Shown: positions 56,512-64,000 of the stretch, in pieces
Position numbering within the stretch: position 1 is the first letter of the stretch
Layout: every line of letters starts with the position of its first letter
Program-made: the position numbers and the translations under genes
NCBI GenBank assembly: GCA_039815375.1
Contig: JBCBZJ010000009.1
Location: 46,296 to 110,295 of the forward strand
Source: Verrucomicrobiota bacterium
Lineage (GTDB): Bacteria; Verrucomicrobiota; Verrucomicrobiia; Opitutales; Coraliomargaritaceae
Direction of reading: 5' to 3'
DNA length: 64,000 nucleotides
The notes under the pieces: generated by a model
What the model saw: only the letters and a program-made list of their open reading frames with translations
Told to the model about the DNA's origin: nothing
Database searches by the model: none

Positions 56512-58077
56512 CTATCGAGCAGTGCGCAATTGATAGAGTTCCTTATTTTTACCGGTTCCGCCTATACGATTCTTGTAGCGTTTCCATTGAAGCTTCTCTG
56601 CCCGCTTCAATGATTCTGCATCGAGTTTCTCGTAAATAGCTTGAAGCTCGGATACATCATCACGTGCAGCAAAGGCTTCGATGAGGTAGTCATCGGTTTC
56701 TTCCATCCAACCTTGAAGTCTCGCTCGGAAGCTTTCGATACGTTCTTGATGTTCAGGAGCATCGATCAGGTTTTTTAGAACGTGTGGGTCTTTACGTAGA
56801 TCGTAGAATTCTTCAACACAGCGGTGGATCAGAAAATTGTAACGCTTCGCAACTTCAGGGTTTTTCTTTGCCATACCTTTCATGACACCTTCGGAAGGGT
56901 ACCAGGTTGCGGCAGATACGAATTTGTTTTTGCCTGTACCCCATACGTTAAAAACATAGAGGAAGTCTTTGGTGTGCACCGCTCGCATAGGGAAAGCGAT
57001 TCCTCCAGCATTGTCGTTGAATTCCGCGAAGACGACATCGCGTGAAGGGTCTTTCTTTCCTTCGATAATGTCGATCTTGGATTTGCCCTGAATACCTTTC
57101 GGTTGAGGGACATTGGCGATGTCGAGAATCGTTGGTTTGAAATCAATTGCGGAGACCAAGTGTTGATCATCTACAGTGCCCAGCTCGATTTTTCCGGGCC
57201 AAGTGATGATCCAAGGTGTGCGCAGGCCGTCAGGGTAGAGTGATGATTTTGCGTAGGGCAGTGGCATGCCGTGATCAGAAATGAAGACAATTACAGTATC
57301 TTCCTTCAAGCCGCTCTCTTCGAGTATTTTGAGGACTGCACCGACGCAGTCATCTCCGCGTTTTACAGAGTTGTAGTAATTGCGCATCTCTTCACGGATT
57401 TTTGGATGTTTCGGAAGGAAGGCGGGGATACTGACGTCATCTACGGTGAATTCTGTGGAAGGTCGATAGGTGTCGAAACCTTGCTGAATCCCTTTCTGGT
57501 CGTTGTAGAAGGGTTTGTGCGGATCAGCGATATTGACCACGCAGTAGAAAGGCTTTTTCTCATCTTTTGCGTTGTTGAGTGCTTTCTTGAAATGCTCGGC
57601 GTAGTATGCGCCGTTACGTTTGGGCGGGCCTGTCATGATGACCTGATAGTCCCAATATTTATCGTATTGATCCGTGATACTGGTGTCTCTCGGTTTGTTT
57701 ACGCAGGCAGTGAAGTAGCCTGCATTCTTTAAAAGTTCCGGCAGGGTCAGAAAGTCTGTATCGACATTGTAAAAACTGAGTACTCCATTGGAGTGAGGAT
57801 AGCGTCCGGTTTGGTAGACATTGCGCGAAGGAACACAGCTTGAAGTCTGGTTGTAGGCGTATATGAATCGAAGTCCTTGGTCGGCTAAACTGTCAATGTG
57901 AGGAGAAATGTTTGGAATCTCGCAGCCGTAAGAACCAATTGAATCATAATTCATATCATCCATTGTAATAAAGAGGATATTCGGCTTTTCGTCTGCTTGT
58001 AACACTAGGCCACTCGATAAAGCCAAAAGGCATGTGTACGAAATTTGTTTCAGGAGATATTTTGTGAGATTGAACAT
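56512..58077 (-). CDS. Formylglycine-dependent sulfatase (S1 family, sulfamidase-like), paralogue of the adjacent gene
   Basis: PNILFITMDDM, CVPSRNVYQTGRYP and SDHGMPLPYAKSSLY motifs. Confidence 0.92.
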   Translation of the reverse strand: MFNLTKYLLKQISYTCLLALSSGLVLQADEKPNILFITMDDMNYDSIGSYGCEIPNISPHIDSLADQGLRFIYAYNQTSSCVPSRNVYQTGRYPHSNGVLSFYNVDTDFLTLPELLKNAGYFTACVNKPRDTSITDQYDKYWDYQVIMTGPPKRNGAYYAEHFKKALNNAKDEKKPFYCVVNIADPHKPFYNDQKGIQQGFDTYRPSTEFTVDDVSIPAFLPKHPKIREEMRNYYNSVKRGDDCVGAVLKILEESGLKEDTVIVFISDHGMPLPYAKSSLYPDGLRTPWIITWPGKIELGTVDDQHLVSAIDFKPTILDIANVPQPKGIQGKSKIDIIEGKKDPSRDVVFAEFNDNAGGIAFPMRAVHTKDFLYVFNVWGTGKNKFVSAATWYPSEGVMKGMAKKNPEVAKRYNFLIHRCVEEFYDLRKDPHVLKNLIDAPEHQERIESFRARLQGWMEETDDYLIEAFAARDDVSELQAIYEKLDAESLKRAEKLQWKRYKNRIGGTGKNKELYQLRTAR

Positions 58078-58107
58078 AGTTGGAGCTAACTGGATTCTTT
58101 TGATGAA

Positions 58108-58169
58108 GAACCCCTTCCACAGATATCATCCATGGAAGGGGCCAGGGGTTCACCAGATCAGGTGATCTG
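58108..58169. repeat. Intergenic inverted repeats (hairpins) between the GH130 and sulfatase genes
   Basis: CCCCTTCCA (58111-58119) / TGGAAGGGG (58133-58141), followed by the near-palindrome CAGATCAGGTGATCTG. Confidence 0.45.
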
Positions 58170-58192
58170 ATAAGGCATTGGGGAAGACTCTT

Positions 58193-59278
58193 TTATTGTG
58201 TGACAGGGTTTTCGAGAAGATGTTCTAGTAAGTCTTGCAGTGGGCTTGTGCACACTGCGCAATGTACGTCACCGCCTCCGTAGTATAGGAAGTAGGTTCC
58301 GTTGATTACGACATGGCCACAGGGGAAACAGACGCCTTTGTAAATGCCTTGAGTCTCATAATCCTCCACCGGCTCATAAATCGGCTTTGGTGTGCGGTGC
58401 GTTACTTTGGTCGGATCTTCAAGATCGAGAAGCAGTGCACCGAGGCGGTATTGCTTGTCTGCGCCGACACCGTGATAGATCTGAAGCCAACCGTGCTCGG
58501 TCTTGAGTGGTGGGTTATTTGCGCCGATCTTTTCTTCCCATGGATACTCACCCTTGGCGAGTAGCTTCATATCCTTCCATTCAAGAAGGTCCTCACATTC
58601 CGCGATCCACATGCCGGGGAATTTATTTGGAAAGCCCTCGCCATGCCACTGCATGGGGCGGTGGATGGTGTACCACTTATCGTTGATCTTCTCTGGGAAG
58701 ATCACAACGTCCCTATCGTCTAGCTGTGGATTGGTTAACCGTCCCGCACGCAGCCAATCATCGCTAGCCAGATCTTTCGTGAGGAAAAGATGCGTTGATG
58801 TGAAATTCTCACGCATTGCGATTGGGAACTCATCGGGGAAATGACTGTTCTTGTCTGCATGGTGATTCTCATTCTCCCAGTATTTGCCGGGAGGGAAGGG
58901 ACGTGTTGCGGAGGTGATGTAATACCAGTCGCCGATTTTAACGATGCGCGGGTCTTCAACACATCCGTTGTCGATGCTGCCGACCATTGGTGACAGGACT
59001 GGCTTGTCAGAGACGCGCTCAAAGTTGTAGCCATCTGTGCTGACCGCTAGGCCGAGGTGGACACGGTGTTCGATGTCGTCACCTGCAGCGCGGTAGACTA
59101 GCTGCACCTTTCCGCTTTCCTCATCATACCACGCGGCCGGATTTGTTGTGACTTCGGATTCCCATTCTGAACCAGGAAGTGGAGAGAGGATGGGATTTCC
59201 TTGATATCGTTTCAGTTGAAATGTCGATGGATCTATCATCGGCTGTTTCGCTTCGTTACTTATGCATGAATCAGTCAT
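58193..59278 (-). CDS. GH130 family beta-mannoside phosphorylase
   Basis: NPILSP, TNPAA, CVEDPRIV, DVVIFPEKIN, HRP, KIG, IYHGV and VCFPCG...YYGGGD motifs. The basic phosphate-binding residues appear to be retained. Confidence 0.88.
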   Translation of the reverse strand: MTDSCISNEAKQPMIDPSTFQLKRYQGNPILSPLPGSEWESEVTTNPAAWYDEESGKVQLVYRAAGDDIEHRVHLGLAVSTDGYNFERVSDKPVLSPMVGSIDNGCVEDPRIVKIGDWYYITSATRPFPPGKYWENENHHADKNSHFPDEFPIAMRENFTSTHLFLTKDLASDDWLRAGRLTNPQLDDRDVVIFPEKINDKWYTIHRPMQWHGEGFPNKFPGMWIAECEDLLEWKDMKLLAKGEYPWEEKIGANNPPLKTEHGWLQIYHGVGADKQYRLGALLLDLEDPTKVTHRTPKPIYEPVEDYETQGIYKGVCFPCGHVVINGTYFLYYGGGDVHCAVCTSPLQDLLEHLLENPVTQ

Positions 59279-59391
59279 ATTGATATTTGGTTAATAGCAG
59301 TGTAAATGTTTAGTTATTGATCAGCCAATACCTAGAGACGTGCTACTCAAATTGAAGTATCGTCAGCCGGTCTTCAGCGTTTCAACTCTGA

Positions 59392-62103
59392 TTAGAAACG
59401 CATGTTGGCAGAGAGTAGGTATTGTCGGCCTGGTCGATGAAACGCGCTTTTGTTTCTCTGGATCAAATCTGTGTCATCCCAAATGTTGTTGACGCGTAGG
59501 CCGAGATTAAGCCGTGGAGCGCGACGTCCGGAGCCGAGTCTCATCTGGTAGTTGATGAAAGCATCAGTAACGAACTCAGGATCGAAATCGATTTCATACC
59601 AAGTGCCCTCGCCTGGAGCATCGTTATCATCTTCAATGTACCATTGACCGATAGTTGAAGAGGAGCGGAAGCTTTGATTCACACCAAGGACGAGGCCATT
59701 GAGTGGGCCGTCGCGGAATTGGTAACGGCCGACCAGCACGGCGTTGTGGGGCGCCTGTCCGAAGACTTGTCCGAATCTAGGGTTAACATTTTCGTTAATC
59801 TCAATTGCATCCAAGTTATTGTAGGTGTATGAGAAAATGAAGGAGAGGTTATTGTTCGGATTGTAAAAGAACTCGACCTCCAGGCCCTCGGAACGAGATA
59901 CATCACCTGGCACGCGTTTGCCGGGAAGCAGATTATTGTTGAGTGTTTGGTTGGGGTTGAAGATCTGCGGATTACTTGCGCCGAATTCAGCGAAAGTGTA
60001 GATGTCGCTCAAACGGAAGTCGTAGTTTACAATATTGTCGTTCTCCTTCTCGATGTAGAAGGCATTGATCTGTCCATTTAATTTGCCCTCAAGAAGCTCG
60101 AATCGGAAACCATACTCATAGCCCTCGCCGTAAACCGGTGGAATAATATCACCGAGTGGATCGACATCAATGTTCGTTGGCGACTGGATGGACTGGGCAT
60201 AGTTGGCGAAGACACCGAAATCACTGGTGATCCAATAGAGTGCTCCGATCGTCGGGCTGACTTGATCGTAGTTGTTTTCACTGTCTTGGATTTGAGTAAC
60301 CGCACGCGAGTAATCGCCTCCCAAGTTGTTGTTCACGAAATTATCATTTACGCCAAATCTGAAATCCATGATGGTATATTCGATATCAATATAGTCATAT
60401 CGAAGTCCGATTAAGCTTCGAAGTTTCCCGTTGAGAAAACTGCTTTGCGCCGCAAACCAGACAGACTGTGTCTGGACTTCAAGGTCATTGTCCTGGCGAA
60501 GAACGAATAGGTCGTCCTGACCATTAAATCCGATATTCGGAGTGTTTGGTCCGAAACCATCAGAGAGATAGAAGCGCTCATTGAGAAGATCTGATCCACG
60601 ATAGTAGAGTCCATCTCGGAGAAGTGCAGTGTCCTGAACTTGCTCGTATTGTTTCGGATCCTTGAGCAGTTGATCCCAGTCTAATCCGAAGAGCAATTTG
60701 TGCTCGCTGTCTTTGATGATGGGCAGATCGTTGTTGAGCTCTAGATCCCAGAGAAGGGTTGACTTGAGTGCATTGGAAACGGTGCGGCCTTCCTGTCTGC
60801 GCCAATATGTTTCAACATATGGATCGAAGGCTCTGGCGCCCGATGTGTCGCTGGTAACGCGCCCGGCGCTGAAACCATCGCGTGCCAGCGCTTCGCGGTC
60901 ATCGTCTTCGCGGTTCACTGCGATTCGAGCCTGTAGATTTTCTGTAATACGTTGGGTCCAGTCGAGAGTAGTGATAAGGCCCTGGCGTTCATTGAACTTA
61001 TCCGGCCCGGTGACGCTATATCGATCATCCTGGGGTGCCCACGCTGAGTAGACTTGATCCAAGACCTCGCGCGTGACGTTGGTTGGATCGGCAACACCGA
61101 TCTGTGCTGCATAGTCGGAATTCAAAACAAGGTCATCAATAATCGGCTGGGGAATAAACTCTACGGCATCCGGGCTGTAGATAAATTCGTTGCGAAAGGT
61201 GCCCAGGGAAAAGGAGTTTGCTGCACCGGAAAGGTCGTCCTGCGGGCTATTGGCCTCGAAGCGGCTGTCGCCGTTCGTTGATCTGAACATGTTCGGTGCC
61301 AGGTTTTGGTCGAGGTCGACCAGCTCGATACGAGCGCGCAGTTGAGTCTTTGGCGTCGGGCGGAAGCTAGTTTCAATCGTAGCGCCTCGAAGGTCAGCAT
61401 ATTCGTAGAGTTGATCCAATTCACGGGAAAAATCGACGGCCATTACACGGACGGCTATATCTTCTGTGATCGACTGATTCACGTCGATTTCAGCGCGAGT
61501 GTAGTCATTGTTGCCAACCGTGCCTTTGATGTTGACGAAATTTTTATCGTGCTGGGCAACTTTCGGGACACTGTTAATCAGGCCGCCGGGATCCGCTTGC
61601 CCATACATCAGGCTGTTGGCTCCTTTGACGATGTCGACTCGTTGTATATTGTAGGAATCCCGCTCTATTTCACGCCAGAATAGATCATAGCGCTGAGTCA
61701 GGCTACGGAAGCCGCGAATACGAAGCTGATTGAGCGAAAAGCCATCCGGATCTTCCGAAATACTTGCGTTTACTCGGACCAAGTCCTGATCATTCAGAAT
61801 TTGAAGGTCTTCAATGAGCTGTTCATTGATTACAGAGATCGTGATTGGTGTGTTTTTGACCAGAGCATTAGAGCGGGTCGCAGAGATCGAGTTCGCCGAG
61901 AAGTAACCTTGGTCACCTGATGTGGAGACAGTGAAATCAGTTAATTCGAAGACTTCTTCGCCATCGGACATGGAATCATTGTTTTCGACATCAGGTAACA
62001 CGAAATCACCTTCATCCGAATCTTGAGCATGTGCAAAGGGTGCGCACATGGAGAGGGTGAGCAGCATCAACGCCGCTCTAAGTGGGTATTGTTGTTGTAT
62101 CAT
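59392..62103 (-). CDS. TonB-dependent receptor (Opitutae-type)
   Basis: Signal peptide; EVFELTDFTV...GYFSANSISATR; plug motif IQRVDIVKGANSLMYG...PGGLIN; terminal Phe (ANMRF). Confidence 0.92.
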   Translation of the reverse strand: MIQQQYPLRAALMLLTLSMCAPFAHAQDSDEGDFVLPDVENNDSMSDGEEVFELTDFTVSTSGDQGYFSANSISATRSNALVKNTPITISVINEQLIEDLQILNDQDLVRVNASISEDPDGFSLNQLRIRGFRSLTQRYDLFWREIERDSYNIQRVDIVKGANSLMYGQADPGGLINSVPKVAQHDKNFVNIKGTVGNNDYTRAEIDVNQSITEDIAVRVMAVDFSRELDQLYEYADLRGATIETSFRPTPKTQLRARIELVDLDQNLAPNMFRSTNGDSRFEANSPQDDLSGAANSFSLGTFRNEFIYSPDAVEFIPQPIIDDLVLNSDYAAQIGVADPTNVTREVLDQVYSAWAPQDDRYSVTGPDKFNERQGLITTLDWTQRITENLQARIAVNREDDDREALARDGFSAGRVTSDTSGARAFDPYVETYWRRQEGRTVSNALKSTLLWDLELNNDLPIIKDSEHKLLFGLDWDQLLKDPKQYEQVQDTALLRDGLYYRGSDLLNERFYLSDGFGPNTPNIGFNGQDDLFVLRQDNDLEVQTQSVWFAAQSSFLNGKLRSLIGLRYDYIDIEYTIMDFRFGVNDNFVNNNLGGDYSRAVTQIQDSENNYDQVSPTIGALYWITSDFGVFANYAQSIQSPTNIDVDPLGDIIPPVYGEGYEYGFRFELLEGKLNGQINAFYIEKENDNIVNYDFRLSDIYTFAEFGASNPQIFNPNQTLNNNLLPGKRVPGDVSRSEGLEVEFFYNPNNNLSFIFSYTYNNLDAIEINENVNPRFGQVFGQAPHNAVLVGRYQFRDGPLNGLVLGVNQSFRSSSTIGQWYIEDDNDAPGEGTWYEIDFDPEFVTDAFINYQMRLGSGRRAPRLNLGLRVNNIWDDTDLIQRNKSAFHRPGRQYLLSANMRF

Positions 62104-62428
62104 GAGTAATGTAGACTGTTTAACAGACTAAACTCATATTCACTCTTGGATGATAGAATATCAAACATAAAATCAACAATAACACCACATGCGGGTTTTG
62201 CTTTATTGACCTCTCTTCAATCTATTCGTCGATGCGCTATGAGTTTTGGCATCTAAAAAAGCATCTGAATAAAAGGGTATTTAATACTTATCCGGCTTTT
62301 GACTAGAACTCTTTACGGTCTAAATAAGGAACTCTTGATAGACTTTTTATGACAATATATAAAACACAAATACATCAATAAAACCATTTGCCCTTGTCTT
62401 TGAACATTTCAGCTCTAGCAGTTATTCA

Positions 62429-63427
62429 ATGCCTCTTTTGATACCCCACTTGCGCCTGTTATTTACATACGCTCTAGCATTTTGCTTCCTCAATCTGCAT
62501 GTTTGTATTTTGAGTGCGTCGGACGCGGATCCTTTTGAGGGAAACCTTCTTGTCGCGACCCAAGCCATAGGTGGCCCCTACCAATTTACGGACGAGGCTT
62601 ACCTTTTGGAAGTCGCACGTGGAATCGAAGATATGGGCTCTAACCTGATCAAGTTTGCTTTAAACCCGAGGACATACACCAAGCAGCCCTATTCGTTGGG
62701 CCGGGTTCGGGGCATTGATTCGATGGCTGCTCTACTAAGAAAACAACCGGTTTACAAAGAAGTCATGGATATGGATTTCAGGTTCTATCACATGTGGGCC
62801 AGCCCCTATGCGAAGCCTGGCTGGCAGGATGGCTTAAATCCAACAGAACTGAAGATAATATATAAGGATTTTTATGAGCTTACGACGTATTTGTTAACTG
62901 AATACAAAGGCAGTGGAAAACGATTTTTCCTGGGGCATTGGGAAGGTGATTGGCTCCTGATCGGCAAGACGGATGCTTCGATTGATCCGACACCTCAGCG
63001 AATTCTTGGCTTCGCTCAGTATTTGAATGTTCGGCAGCAGGCTATTGAGGATGCGCGTGTAGAGCTACAGGGGCAAGGGGTTTGGGTTTACCACTACACT
63101 GAGGTTAATCAGGTTTGGAAGGGGATTGATGGCTCGCGACCAACACTAACCAACTCGGTCTTACCTCTCGTAAATGTCGATTTTGTATCATATTCCAGTT
63201 ACGATGTTATCCAACGAAAGACGATGCGTGAGGATTTACATCGTGCTCTGGACCACATTGAAAGCCAGCTTAAGCCGCGTCCGGAATTACCGGGAAAGCG
63301 TGTTTTTGTCGGAGAATATGCGATTAAAGCTGCGTCAGTTAAATACGATCCGTTGGAACATGAAGCTCGGAATCGAGAGGTGACTCATGCGATCCTTGAA
63401 TGGGGTTGTCCTTTTGCGATATACTGG
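62429..63427 (+). CDS. Third paralogue of the putative GH domain (secreted), C-terminally truncated by an in-frame switch into coaBC
   Basis: Not in the ORF track. Manual translation from ATG at 62429 gives MPLLIPHLRLLFTYALAF...VATQAIGGPYQFT...FFLGHWEGDW...YTEVN...VSYSSYD...VFVGEYA...EWGCPFAIYW. Confidence 0.75.
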
Positions 63428-64000
63428 CCCCCGGCGATGAACACAATGATGTGGGAAAATCCGGCAACCCAGAGAAACCTTTCAACGCTCATCAATGACG
63501 GCATTCAAGTTATTGGACCTGACAGAGGCGAAACAGCTTGCGGTGAAACAGGTCTTGGCCGACTTGTTGAGCCTGAGCTTATCTTCGAGCGCATACAAAA
63601 TTTTTTCACCAACGGGTCATTACACGATATAAAAGCCTTGGTGACAAGCGGCCCAACGTTCGAGCCTATTGACCCCGTACGCTTCATCGGCAATCGTTCT
63701 TCCGGCAAACAAGGACATGCGCTAGCCGAAGCCTTGCGCGATTTGGGCGCGGATGTCACGCTTGTTACCGGTCCTGTCGCTTTAAAAGATCCAAAAGGAA
63801 TAAACGTTATTCATGTTGAAACAGCGCAGGAAATGCATACATCTTGCATGAAATCTTTACCCGCTGATATCGCTGTGTGCGTTGCGGCTGTTGCCGATTG
63901 GGGCGTCGACACACCCAGTCATGCGAAGATAAAGAAGACACCTGAGTCAAAAGCCCTATCGGATATTCAATTCAGTGAAAATCCGGATATCTTAAAAACA
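63428..64000 (+). other. coaBC: Internal fragment of phosphopantothenoylcysteine decarboxylase/synthetase (5' part missing, runs off the window)
   Basis: Translation PAMNTMMWENPATQRN...ACGETGLGRL...LVTSGPTFEPIDPVRFIGNRSSGKQGHALA...AAVADW...ENPDIL contains the CoaC PAMN motif and CoaB motifs. Confidence 0.88.

Noticed and set aside
13997..58077. Functional link between the cluster's sulfotransferase and the three sulfatases
   Set aside because: The sulfatases sit ~39 kb away inside a coherent catabolic locus; nothing in the sequence ties them to the biosynthetic cluster.
2934..63759. Numerous short antisense or alternative-frame ORFs in the track
   Set aside because: They are shadows of long, well-supported genes and show no independent motifs.
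62429..64000. A genuine GH-CoaBC fusion enzyme
   Set aside because: Both parts are truncated, and a secreted N-terminus does not fit cytoplasmic CoA synthesis; treated as a probable chimera.
1..64000. CRISPR arrays, tRNA/rRNA genes, IS elements
   Set aside because: No regularly spaced repeats, RNA gene signatures or transposase motifs were seen on manual reading.

Overview
Bacterial genomic window, most likely from a marine Verrucomicrobiota (Opitutae/Puniceicoccales-like; inferred from the TonB-receptor N-terminus, secreted-protein C-termini and sulfatase-rich content). It has five parts. (1) 1-2102: a tail-collar (MdpB-like) gene running off the left edge, a small DUF6916-like gene and a lipoprotein. 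(2) 2397-34969: a ~32.5 kb hybrid biosynthetic cluster. It holds a PfaA-like iterative PKS with an N-terminal FMN enoyl reductase (ER-KS-AT-ACP-KR), a KS-less AT-DH-PPTase-remnant protein, a free ACP, a single-module PKS (AT-ACP-KS-AT-DH0-ACP) docked to a terminal NRPS (C-A[Asp code]-T-TE, split by one extra base at ~6020), two glycosyltransferases, an amino-sugar dehydrogenase/aminotransferase pair, a sulfotransferase, a methyltransferase, an SDR, an ABC exporter and an Sfp PPTase. The domain logic suggests a glycosylated/sulfated long-chain beta-ketoacyl-Asp or 3-acyl-tetramic acid (inference). (3) 35674-39783: a large secreted protein with a single CxxCH motif plus FN3-like and LamG-like modules. 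(4) 40459-63427: a sugar-utilisation locus with SSS and GPH transporters, DUF1080, a lactonase, a DHDPS-family aldolase with a possible microcompartment encapsulation peptide, a XylR-type regulator, three sulfatases, a GH130 phosphorylase, a TonB-dependent receptor and three paralogues of an unrecognised putative glycoside-hydrolase domain. (5) At ~63428 the third paralogue switches in frame into the middle of coaBC, probably an assembly or amplification chimera. No rRNA, tRNA, CRISPR array or transposase was recognised. All family calls come from motif recognition by eye, not database searches.
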